NCBI GenBank assembly: GCA_020638905.1
Contig: JACKHP010000010.1
Coordinates: 37,449 to 101,448, forward strand
DNA: 64,000 bases
DNA from: Planctomycetota bacterium
GTDB taxonomy: Bacteria; Planctomycetota; B15-G4
Direction: 5' to 3'
Part shown: in pieces, positions 18,189 to 26,060 of the stretch
How the letters are laid out: each line of letters opens with the position of its first letter
How positions within the stretch are numbered: the stretch's first letter is position 1
The notes under the pieces: model-generated
What the model was told of the DNA's origin: nothing
The model's input: only the letters and a program-made list of their open reading frames with translations
The model's database searches: none
Program-made: the position numbers and the translations under genes

Positions 18189-20765
18189 ATGGCCGACAGT
18201 CCGACTCCCCGCGAGTCCTCAGTCCTCATCGAACGCGAGATGAAGGACAGCTACCTCAGCTATGCGATGAGCGTCATCGTGTCGCGAGCGCTGCCCGACG
18301 TGCGCGACGGCCTCAAGCCGAGCCAGCGCCGCGTGCTCGTGGCGATGAACGACCTGAACCTCGGTCCGCGCTCGCGGTTCAAGAAGTGCGCCAAGATCGC
18401 GGGCGACACGTCCGGCAACTACCACCCGCACGGCGAGGGCGTCGTCTACCCGACGCTCGTGCGCCTCGCGCAGCCGTTCAACATGCGCGTGCCGCTCGTC
18501 GACGGACAGGGGAACTTCGGCTCTGTCGACGGCGACCCGCCGGCGGCCATGCGCTACACCGAGGCGCGCATGACCGACGCCGCCTCGGCCATGCTCGACG
18601 ACCTCGACAAGGACACCGTCGACTTCGTCGCGAACTACGACGGCTCGCGGCAGGAGCCGACGGTCCTGCCGGCGATGTTCCCGAACCTGCTGGTGAACGG
18701 CAGCAACGGCATCGCCGTCGGCATGGCGACGAGCATGCCGCCGCACAACCCGCGCGAGATCTTCGCCGCGCTCAAGCTGCTCATCACGAACCCCGAGGCG
18801 ACGGTCGCCGACATCATGGAGCTGGTGCCGGGTCCCGACTTCCCCACGGGCGGCACGATCTGCGGGCAGAGCGGCATCCGCCGCGCGTACGAGACCGGCC
18901 GCGGCACGCTCGTCCTGCGCTGCAAGGCCGACTGCTACGAGGAGGACAAGAAGAACCGCGCGCGCATCGTCGTCACCGAGATCCCCTACCAGGTCAACAA
19001 GACCTCGCTCATCGAGTCGATGGCGCAGCTCGTCAAGGACGACCGCGTCACGTCGATCCACGACATCGCCGACCTGTCCGACCGCACCGGCATGCGCATC
19101 GTGATCGACCTCAAGAAGGGCGAGGACCCGCAGGTCACGCTCAACCAGCTGCACAAGTTCACGCAGCTGCAGACGACGGTCTCGATCATCAACATCGCGC
19201 TCGTCGGCAACCGCCCGCGCACGCTGCCGATCACCGGGCTGATGCACGAGTTCCTCGACCACCGGCGCGTGGTCATCCGCCGGCGCACGCGCTACCTGCT
19301 CGGCGTCGCCAAGGACCGCCAGCACATCGTCGAGGGTCTGCGCATCGCGCAGGCCAACATCGAAGAGGTGATCAAGGTCATCCGGGCCGCGTCCGACACC
19401 GACTCGGCCAAGAACGAGCTGCGCGCCAGGTTCCTGCTGAGCGAGCGCCAGGCCGAGGCCATCGTGAACATGCGCCTGCGCGCGCTGACCGGGCTCGAGG
19501 TCGAGAAGCTCGAGGCCGAGTGGCGCGACCTGGCCGAGAAGATCGCGCGCTACGAGGCCATCCTGGCCGACCCGCGGCTGATCGACGAGATCATCTCCGA
19601 AGACCTCGACAAGCTGACCGAGCGCTTCGCGTCGCCGCGCCAGACCGAGATCGGCGACCCGATCGAGGGCTTCGAGGACGAGGACTTCATCGTCGACGAG
19701 CAGGTGGCCGTCACGATCACGAACAAGGGCTACGTCAAGCGCATGACGCTCGACCAGTACCGCAGCCAGCGTCGCGGCGGGTCGGGCATCCGCGGCAGCG
19801 ACAGCAAGGACGACGACTTCATCGAGCAGCTCTTCGTGGCCAACACCCACGACTCGCTGCTGTTCTTCACCGGCAGCGGACGCGTCCACCAGCTCAAGGT
19901 CTACCGGTTGCCGAACCTCTCGCGCACCGCGGTCGGACGCGCGGCGGTGAACCTCATCCCCGGCTTCCCGGCGGGCGACTCGATCCAGGCCGTGATCCCC
20001 GTGCGCGACTTCTCGAACGGCACGCTGCTGTTCACGACCGCGCGCGGAATCGTCAAGCGAACGCCGCTCGACGACTACAAGCGTCCCAAGTCGGGCGGCA
20101 TCATCGCCCTGGCGATGGACGAGGGCGACCGCCTGATCGACGTCGAGGTCTGCGAGGACGACGACGAGGTCGTGCTCGGCACGCGCAGCGGCCGCGCGGC
20201 GCGCTTCCGTGCCGGTGACGTGCGCGTCATGGGACGTCCCGCTCGCGGCGTGATCGGCATCCGCCTCAAGGACGACGACGAGGTCTGCGGCGTCGCGATC
20301 CCGCGCGAGGGCTTCGACCTGCTCACGGTGTGCGAGAACGGCTACGGCAAGCGCACGGGCTTCGACGAGTACCCGGTCAAGGGCCGCGGCACCCAGGGCG
20401 TGATGGACATCCGCGCCACCGACCGCAACGGACGGGTCGTGATGATCCGCGCCGTGTCCGAGGTCGACGACGTGATGTACATCACGCAGGCCGGCCAGGT
20501 GGTGCGCTCGCCGGTGGCCGACATCTCGCGCATCGGACGCAACACCCAGGGCGTGCGCCTGATCACGCTCAAGCCCGACGACGTGGTGGCGTCCGTGGCG
20601 CGCATCCCGTTCGACCCCGACGCGGGTGGCGACGACGACGGCGCGGCGGACGACGACGACGAGGGCACCGAGACCGTCACCGCCAGCGCGCCCGAGGCAT
20701 CCGACGACGACGCGTCGGCGCCGACCGCACACGGCGATCCGTCCGACGAGCCGGAGGACTCATGA
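18189..20765 (+). CDS. gyrA: DNA gyrase subunit A
   Basis: MADSP...[34 protein letters not shown], active-site region [11 protein letters not shown]-terminal beta-pinwheel repeats and acidic tail. Confidence 0.95.
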   Translation: MADSPTPRESSVLIEREMKDSYLSYAMSVIVSRALPDVRDGLKPSQRRVLVAMNDLNLGPRSRFKKCAKIAGDTSGNYHPHGEGVVYPTLVRLAQPFNMRVPLVDGQGNFGSVDGDPPAAMRYTEARMTDAASAMLDDLDKDTVDFVANYDGSRQEPTVLPAMFPNLLVNGSNGIAVGMATSMPPHNPREIFAALKLLITNPEATVADIMELVPGPDFPTGGTICGQSGIRRAYETGRGTLVLRCKADCYEEDKKNRARIVVTEIPYQVNKTSLIESMAQLVKDDRVTSIHDIADLSDRTGMRIVIDLKKGEDPQVTLNQLHKFTQLQTTVSIINIALVGNRPRTLPITGLMHEFLDHRRVVIRRRTRYLLGVAKDRQHIVEGLRIAQANIEEVIKVIRAASDTDSAKNELRARFLLSERQAEAIVNMRLRALTGLEVEKLEAEWRDLAEKIARYEAILADPRLIDEIISEDLDKLTERFASPRQTEIGDPIEGFEDEDFIVDEQVAVTITNKGYVKRMTLDQYRSQRRGGSGIRGSDSKDDDFIEQLFVANTHDSLLFFTGSGRVHQLKVYRLPNLSRTAVGRAAVNLIPGFPAGDSIQAVIPVRDFSNGTLLFTTARGIVKRTPLDDYKRPKSGGIIALAMDEGDRLIDVEVCEDDDEVVLGTRSGRAARFRAGDVRVMGRPARGVIGIRLKDDDEVCGVAIPREGFDLLTVCENGYGKRTGFDEYPVKGRGTQGVMDIRATDRNGRVVMIRAVSEVDDVMYITQAGQVVRSPVADISRIGRNTQGVRLITLKPDDVVASVARIPFDPDAGGDDDGAADDDDEGTETVTASAPEASDDDASAPTAHGDPSDEPEDS

Positions 20766-22036
20766 CGCACGCGCCGTTCTCGCCCATCCCTGCGGTGATC
20801 GAAGACCTCAAGCAGGGGAAGATGATCATCCTCGTCGACGACGAGGACCGCGAGAACGAGGGTGACCTGGTCTTCCTGGCCGAGAAGGCCACGCCCGAGC
20901 TGGTGAACTTCATGGCCGTCCACGCGCGCGGGCTGATCTGCCTGCCGATGGACAAGGAGATCGCCGACGCGCTCGACCTGCCGCCCCAGGTCGAGCGCAA
21001 CGAGAGCCCGATGGGTACCGCGTTCACCGTCTCGATCGAGGCGCGGCGCGGCGTGACCACGGGCATCTCGGCCGCCGACCGCGCACGCACCATCCTGACC
21101 GCGGCGCGCGCCGACTGCCGCGCCGATGACCTGGTGCGTCCCGGGCATGTGTTCCCGCTGCGCGCCCTGCCCGGCGGCGTGCTGCGACGCGCGGGACAGA
21201 CCGAGGGCGCGGTCGACCTCGCGCGCCTCTGCGGCGCCCATCCGATGGGCGTGATCTGCGAGATCATGAACCCCGACGGCACGATGGCGCGGCTGCCCGA
21301 GCTCGAGGTGTTCGCCGCCGAGCACGACCTCAAGATCGCGTCGGTGGCCGACATCATCGCGTACCGCCGGCACATCGAGAAGCTCGTCGAACACGTGGTC
21401 ACCGTCGACCTGCCGACGGTGCACGGCACCTTCGACTGCCACCTCTACCGTTCGCGCGAGGACGGCAGCGAGCACCTCGCGATGACCCTGGGGGCGCCCA
21501 AGGCGGGCGCGACCCGTCCCATCGAGCGACCGGTCATGGTGCGCGTGCACTCCGAGTGCCTGACCGGCGACGTGCTCGGCTCGTTGCGCTGCGACTGCGG
21601 ACAACAGCTCGCGGCGGCCCTCGAGCGGGTGGCGGCCGAGGGCGAGGGCGTCGTGCTCTACATGCGCGCCCAGGAGGGTCGCGGCATCGGCCTCGCGAAC
21701 AAGATGAAGGCCTACCACCTCCAGCAGACCCAGGGCCTCGACACGGTCGAGGCCAACAAGGCGCTGGGACTGCCGGTCGACGTGCGCGACTACGGCATCG
21801 GCGCGCAGATCCTGCGCGACCTGGGGCTGCGCGACCTGCGGCTGCTCACGAACAACCCGGCCAAGTACCACGCCATGCGCGGCTACGGCCTCGAGATCCA
21901 CGAGCGGCTCCCGCTGCAGATGGAGCCGGGCGTGCACAACGCCCGCTACCTCGCGACCAAGCGCGACAAGCTGGGGCACGCGCTCGACCTGCGTCCGGGA
22001 GAGGGCGAGGGCGACCGCCCCGAGGGGTCGACCTGA
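20762..22036 (+). CDS. ribBA: bifunctional 3,4-dihydroxy-2-butanone-4-phosphate synthase / GTP cyclohydrolase II
   Basis: ATGA overlap with gyrA stop; DHBP synthase N-half ([15 protein letters not shown]...) and GTP cyclohydrolase II C-half with CxxGxxxxxxRCDCG zinc motif. Confidence 0.92.
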   Translation: MTHAPFSPIPAVIEDLKQGKMIILVDDEDRENEGDLVFLAEKATPELVNFMAVHARGLICLPMDKEIADALDLPPQVERNESPMGTAFTVSIEARRGVTTGISAADRARTILTAARADCRADDLVRPGHVFPLRALPGGVLRRAGQTEGAVDLARLCGAHPMGVICEIMNPDGTMARLPELEVFAAEHDLKIASVADIIAYRRHIEKLVEHVVTVDLPTVHGTFDCHLYRSREDGSEHLAMTLGAPKAGATRPIERPVMVRVHSECLTGDVLGSLRCDCGQQLAAALERVAAEGEGVVLYMRAQEGRGIGLANKMKAYHLQQTQGLDTVEANKALGLPVDVRDYGIGAQILRDLGLRDLRLLTNNPAKYHAMRGYGLEIHERLPLQMEPGVHNARYLATKRDKLGHALDLRPGEGEGDRPEGST

Positions 22037-22065
22037 CCGGCGGCCGGCGGGACGAGGGCCGGGGC

Positions 22066-22094
22066 AGGAATACGGCCCGCGACGGGGGCGTCCA
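22066..22094 (+). promoter_or_regulatory. candidate ECF-type promoter (GGAAT-N17-CGTCCAA) upstream of sigma gene
   Basis: GGAAT at 22066-22070, 17 nt spacer, CGTCcaa at 22088-22094, about 25 nt upstream of the ATG at 22119; matches GGAAC-N16/17-CGTCTAA-type ECF promoters. Confidence 0.4.
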
Positions 22095-22118
22095 ACCGCC
22101 GACGATGGGAATCTGCCC

Positions 22119-22682
22119 ATGAACGAGGCCGATGCCAGCCTCGTGGCCCGAATCCGCTCGGGCGAGGAGGACGCCTTCCGTGAACTGGTCCAGCGCTACG
22201 AAGACCGCATCCTGGCGGTCGTGTCCCGGATCGCCGGCCGAGCGGCCGACCCCGAGGACCTGGCGCAGGAGACGTTCATCAAGGCGTTCGGAGCCATCCA
22301 CCGCTTCGAGGGCAACTCGGCGCTCTACACGTGGCTGTACCGCATCGCGGTCAACACGGCGCGCGACGGAGTGGCCGCGAGGCTGCGACGCCCGGCGGTC
22401 TCGCTCGACGCCCTGCCGCCCTCCAGCGTCGACCCGGTCGACGGGTCCGACGGACCGCTCGACCACCTGCACCGCGACGAGCTGCGGGCGCGGGTCAGGC
22501 AGGGCATCGAGCGCCTGCCCGAGCCGTTCCGCACCACGCTCGTGCTGCGCGAGGTCGAAGGGCACACCTATGAAGAGGTGGCGTCGATCCTGGGTGTCTC
22601 GATCGGCACCGTCGAGTCGCGCCTCTTCCGCGCGCGCGGCAAGCTGCGCGCCATCCTGCTCGATGGAGATCGCTCCCCATGA
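22119..22682 (+). CDS. ECF sigma factor (RpoE-like)
   Basis: Region 2 DLAQETFIKAFGAIHRFEGNSALYTWLYRIAVNTARD and region 4 LPEPFRTTLVLREVEGHTYEEVASILGVSIGTVESRLFRARGKLR. Confidence 0.88.
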   Translation: MNEADASLVARIRSGEEDAFRELVQRYEDRILAVVSRIAGRAADPEDLAQETFIKAFGAIHRFEGNSALYTWLYRIAVNTARDGVAARLRRPAVSLDALPPSSVDPVDGSDGPLDHLHRDELRARVRQGIERLPEPFRTTLVLREVEGHTYEEVASILGVSIGTVESRLFRARGKLRAILLDGDRSP

Positions 22683-23347
22683 CCGCGTCTGACCGCACCG
22701 ACGCCGGGACGGGCGGGCGGCGCCCCGAAGCGGGCGTCTCGCTGCGTCCCGACGAGCCCATGACCGACGAGCTGTGCGTGTTCGCGCTCTCGCTCGTCGC
22801 CGACGGACGTCCCGTGCCCGCCGAGCTCGTGCGGCGCGCCGAGGCCTGGGCCGACGCGCACCCGGCCTGCCGCGGCGTGCTGGCCGACTTCGCCGCGATG
22901 GGCGAGGCGCTGCGCGACCTGCCGGTGCCGCGGGCGCGTCCCGGGTTCGCCGAGCGCGTGCTCGCGGCGCGCGAGTCGTCGGCATCGGGTGCGCGCGTGC
23001 TCGTGCTGGCGCGGCGCATGGCGGTGGCGGCGGCGCTCCTGCTGGCGTTCACGGTGGTGCTCGAGACGACCCATCCGCGCGAGGCCGTGGCCGATCCCGA
23101 CGTGACGGTCGAGCGGCACGCCGTCGATGCGTTCCGTGCCCGTCCGTTCGCCGGCGACGACCTCGACGCCGGACTGGCCGAGCTGCTGCCCGATCCGGCG
23201 CGTCGCTCCTCCGGCGCGGCCGGGAGCGCCGACGCGCGGCCCGGCGACGACCCGTCGCGCCTCGACGGTGCGTCGGACGGCGGCGACACGACGTCCGACG
23301 ACGTGGTCGACGAACTCCCGAAGACGCCCGGCGAGGACGGTCGGTGA
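22679..23347 (+). CDS. anti-sigma factor (single TM, periplasmic acidic tail)
   Basis: ATGA overlap with sigma stop; TM MAVAAALLLAFTVVL; RseA-like organisation. Confidence 0.6.
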   Translation: MTASDRTDAGTGGRRPEAGVSLRPDEPMTDELCVFALSLVADGRPVPAELVRRAEAWADAHPACRGVLADFAAMGEALRDLPVPRARPGFAERVLAARESSASGARVLVLARRMAVAAALLLAFTVVLETTHPREAVADPDVTVERHAVDAFRARPFAGDDLDAGLAELLPDPARRSSGAAGSADARPGDDPSRLDGASDGGDTTSDDVVDELPKTPGEDGR

Positions 23348-23685
23348 GCCGTCCCGTCGACCGGCGCACCGCGGCGGCGCTGACCGTCCTGGCCCTGGCC
23401 AGCGGGGGCATCGGCTACGCCCTCGGACGTCAGGGCTCGCAGCCGGATCGTGGGGAGACGTACCTGCAGGCGCTCCAGCGCGACCTCGACCTGCGGCCCG
23501 AGCAGGTCGAGGCCGTCGACCGGTTGCTGGCCCGCGAGGACGCCGACCTGGCGGCGCTCGTCGACGACTCGCGCGATGCGCTGCGCGATCCCGTCGCGGC
23601 TCGACGCCGGCAGACCGAGCATGAGATGCTCTCGCTGCTCGACGACGAGCAGCGGGCGCGGTACGAAGCGCTGAGTCGACCCTGA
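23344..23685 (+). CDS. periplasmic Spy/CpxP-like (LTXXQ-type) protein
   Basis: GTG 23344 overlaps anti-sigma stop; signal peptide, then DLRPEQVEAVDRLL and LLDDEQRARYEAL helical motifs typical of CpxP/Spy/ZraP family. Confidence 0.5.
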   Translation: MSRPVDRRTAAALTVLALASGGIGYALGRQGSQPDRGETYLQALQRDLDLRPEQVEAVDRLLAREDADLAALVDDSRDALRDPVAARRRQTEHEMLSLLDDEQRARYEALSRP

Positions 23686-23706
23686 CCCCCCGGGGCGGAT
23701 CCCTCC

Positions 23707-25341
23707 ATGGCCTCACAGATCGCACTCGACTACGCGACCCACCGGTTGCGCATCCTGGCCTTCGACGGCTCGTCCAAGCGCATCCGGGTGCAGGCGGTGA
23801 TCGACGTCGACCTCGACGTGCCCCCCACCGACGACGACGTCGAGGCCGACGACCTGCGGGCCGACGCCATCGCGGCGGCGATGAAGGCCGCGAAGCTGCC
23901 GTCCGACCCGTCGGCCATGGCCTTCGACGCGGGACAGGCGCTGTTCCGCGAGTTCGACCTGCCGTTCACCGACGCGGCGCAGATCGCGAAGGTCGTGCGC
24001 TTCGAGGCCGAGAGCCACATCCCGCTCGACATCGACGACGTCGTCATGCAGCACCTCGTGCTGCGCAAGACGCGCGACAAGAGCCACGTCCTCGCGGCGG
24101 CCGTCAAGAAGGACGACCTGCTCGACCGCTTCGACGTGCTCGACGCGTCGGGCATCGACCCGCACTTCGTCGACCTCGACGCGTTCGCGCTGTTCCACGC
24201 GCTGGCGGGCACGGGCGTCGCCGCCGAGCACCCCGACGCGGTGGTCGTGTCGGTGCAGCCCGAGTCGACGACGCTGCTGTTCCTGGCGGGAGGCGAGCTG
24301 TACGCCGTGCGCTCGCTGCGCATGGGCACGCACAGCCTGCACTCGGCCGGCACGCGGCTCGAGGCCAACGAACAAGAGGTCGAGCTGGCGCGCACCCACG
24401 ACTTCCTCGGACGCCTCAAGCGCGAGCTGCGCCGCACGCTCACGAGCCTGCCGCCGCTCGAGATCCCGGTCGTGCTCGTGACCGGCTCCGGCAGCCGCGT
24501 CCCGGGGTTCGCCGACGCGATGCGCGAGGTGTTCGCCGGCGAGGTGCGCGAGCTCGATTTCCTCGCCCACGTCGACCACAAGCTCTCGGCCGAGGAGGTC
24601 GAGCGCTACGGTCCCGACATCGGCGTGGCGCTGGGCATCGCCTACAAGCTGTTCGGGCTCGAGGTGACGCAGACCGACTTCCGTCGCGACGAGTGCGCGT
24701 ACGCGCGCAAGTTCGACCAGGTCAAGTCGCCGCTCATCGTGCTCTCGTTCCTGATCTTCCTGGTCGTGGCACTGCAGTGCATCGACGCCGTCTACCGCAA
24801 CAAGACCGTCAATCGTGAGTACGATCTGATGATCAACTGGGGTGACGAGGCGCTCAAGATGGTGCTGGGCGACGAGGCCGCCGCGCACGCCGTGTGGCAG
24901 GGCGTCGAAGGCCAGCCGCAGCGCGTGCAGGCCATCCACACGCGCATGGAGAAGGAGTTCTCCGACCTCGCGGCCAAGCTGGGACGCGGCGACAGGCTTC
25001 CCTGGCAACCCTCGGCGCTGGCCGCCTGGATCGAGTTCATGGAGAAGGTCGAGGCCAACGAGAAGAAGCTCGGACGCCTGCTCGTGAGCCGCCTCGACAT
25101 CGACGTCGGCGCGCGCACGCCGCAGTTCAAGGTGAGCGGCGTGATGGAGAGCCGCACCAAGGTCGACGAGCTGATCCGCATCCTCGAGGAGGATCCGCTC
25201 TACGAGGACGTGCGTCCGAGCGTGACGTCGGCCACCGACGACGGCATGGTGCGTTTCGACGAGATCGTGGCCGACATCGACCTCGCCGAGCTCGAGCGAC
25301 GGGTCAAAGAAGGCATCAAGTCGGCGGAGAGGGCGGGCTGA
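23707..25341 (+). CDS. PilM/GspL-like actin-fold pilus or secretion assembly protein with TM and periplasmic C-terminal domain
   Basis: N-terminal IALDYATHRLRILAFDG... pattern and actin/ASKHA-like fold signature, one TM (SPLIVLSFLIFLVVALQCI) near residue 345, coiled-coil periplasmic part. Confidence 0.55.
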   Translation: MASQIALDYATHRLRILAFDGSSKRIRVQAVIDVDLDVPPTDDDVEADDLRADAIAAAMKAAKLPSDPSAMAFDAGQALFREFDLPFTDAAQIAKVVRFEAESHIPLDIDDVVMQHLVLRKTRDKSHVLAAAVKKDDLLDRFDVLDASGIDPHFVDLDAFALFHALAGTGVAAEHPDAVVVSVQPESTTLLFLAGGELYAVRSLRMGTHSLHSAGTRLEANEQEVELARTHDFLGRLKRELRRTLTSLPPLEIPVVLVTGSGSRVPGFADAMREVFAGEVRELDFLAHVDHKLSAEEVERYGPDIGVALGIAYKLFGLEVTQTDFRRDECAYARKFDQVKSPLIVLSFLIFLVVALQCIDAVYRNKTVNREYDLMINWGDEALKMVLGDEAAAHAVWQGVEGQPQRVQAIHTRMEKEFSDLAAKLGRGDRLPWQPSALAAWIEFMEKVEANEKKLGRLLVSRLDIDVGARTPQFKVSGVMESRTKVDELIRILEEDPLYEDVRPSVTSATDDGMVRFDEIVADIDLAELERRVKEGIKSAERAG

Positions 25342-25865
25342 TGGCACTCGATCTCGAGAAGGTCGTCCTGGGCTTCATGGGGCTGCTCATCGTGGGCGGC
25401 ATCGGCGTGACGATCTGGCAGCGCAACGAGGCCGACGAGCTCAAGCAGCGCATGGCCACGTCGGAGCGGCAGCTGGTCGAGATCGGCCGACGCTACGTCG
25501 AGCTGACCACGCTCAAGACCGAGATCGACCGCGACCTGATCCTCAAGGGCGAGCTGCGTCCGCTGCCGTACTTCGAGAACCAGATGCGCAAGAACGGCAT
25601 CAAGGCCGGCGACCTGACCATCGCGCCCGGCAACACCGAGCAGCTCGCCGGCTACAAGGACACGGTCTGGGAGTTGCGCTCGACGAACCGCAACCGCAAC
25701 TTCGGCCGGCGTGAGATCGCGAACTTCCTGCTGTTCGTCGAGAACGAGGCGAACACGCTCAAGGTCTCGCGCCTGACCCTCGACCACAGCAGCGCACGCG
25801 ACGCCGGCCCGGACGACTGGTCGCCGCGTATCTGGGTCACGCAGCGCGAGGCCACCGGGCTCTAG
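25341..25865 (+). CDS. bitopic membrane protein, PilO/GspM-like
   Basis: ATGA-coupled to previous gene; N-terminal TM LGFMGLLIVGGIGVTIW then coiled coil; in frame of track ORF 24894..25865. Confidence 0.45.
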   Translation: MALDLEKVVLGFMGLLIVGGIGVTIWQRNEADELKQRMATSERQLVEIGRRYVELTTLKTEIDRDLILKGELRPLPYFENQMRKNGIKAGDLTIAPGNTEQLAGYKDTVWELRSTNRNRNFGRREIANFLLFVENEANTLKVSRLTLDHSSARDAGPDDWSPRIWVTQREATGL

Positions 25866-26060
25866 CCCCGGACTCCGGCCCGCGAGAGGCGCCGACGGGC
25901 GGCCCGGGCGGTTGCGGGCGGCGGGGCGGTTGCGGACGGGTCCCGCGGGGCCTGCCCGACGCGGTGGCGGCACCCCCACCGGACCCTCGGACGCCCTGAA
26001 TCCGGCAGCGGCGGCGGCTCCCGGGAACCTCGGGAGGTCCGCGCTCCGTCCCGTCCGCGG

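Noticed and set aside
18219-20732. 837-aa minus-strand ORF antisense to gyrA
   Set aside because: gyrA on the plus strand is unambiguous. The antisense ORF has no protein-like features.
25866-26060. Short direct repeat ggcggttgcgg (two copies) in the GC-rich gap before the kinase gene; considered as a possible CRISPR or regulatory repeat
   Set aside because: Only two imperfect copies with no spacer-repeat periodicity; no CRISPR array or cas genes anywhere in the window.
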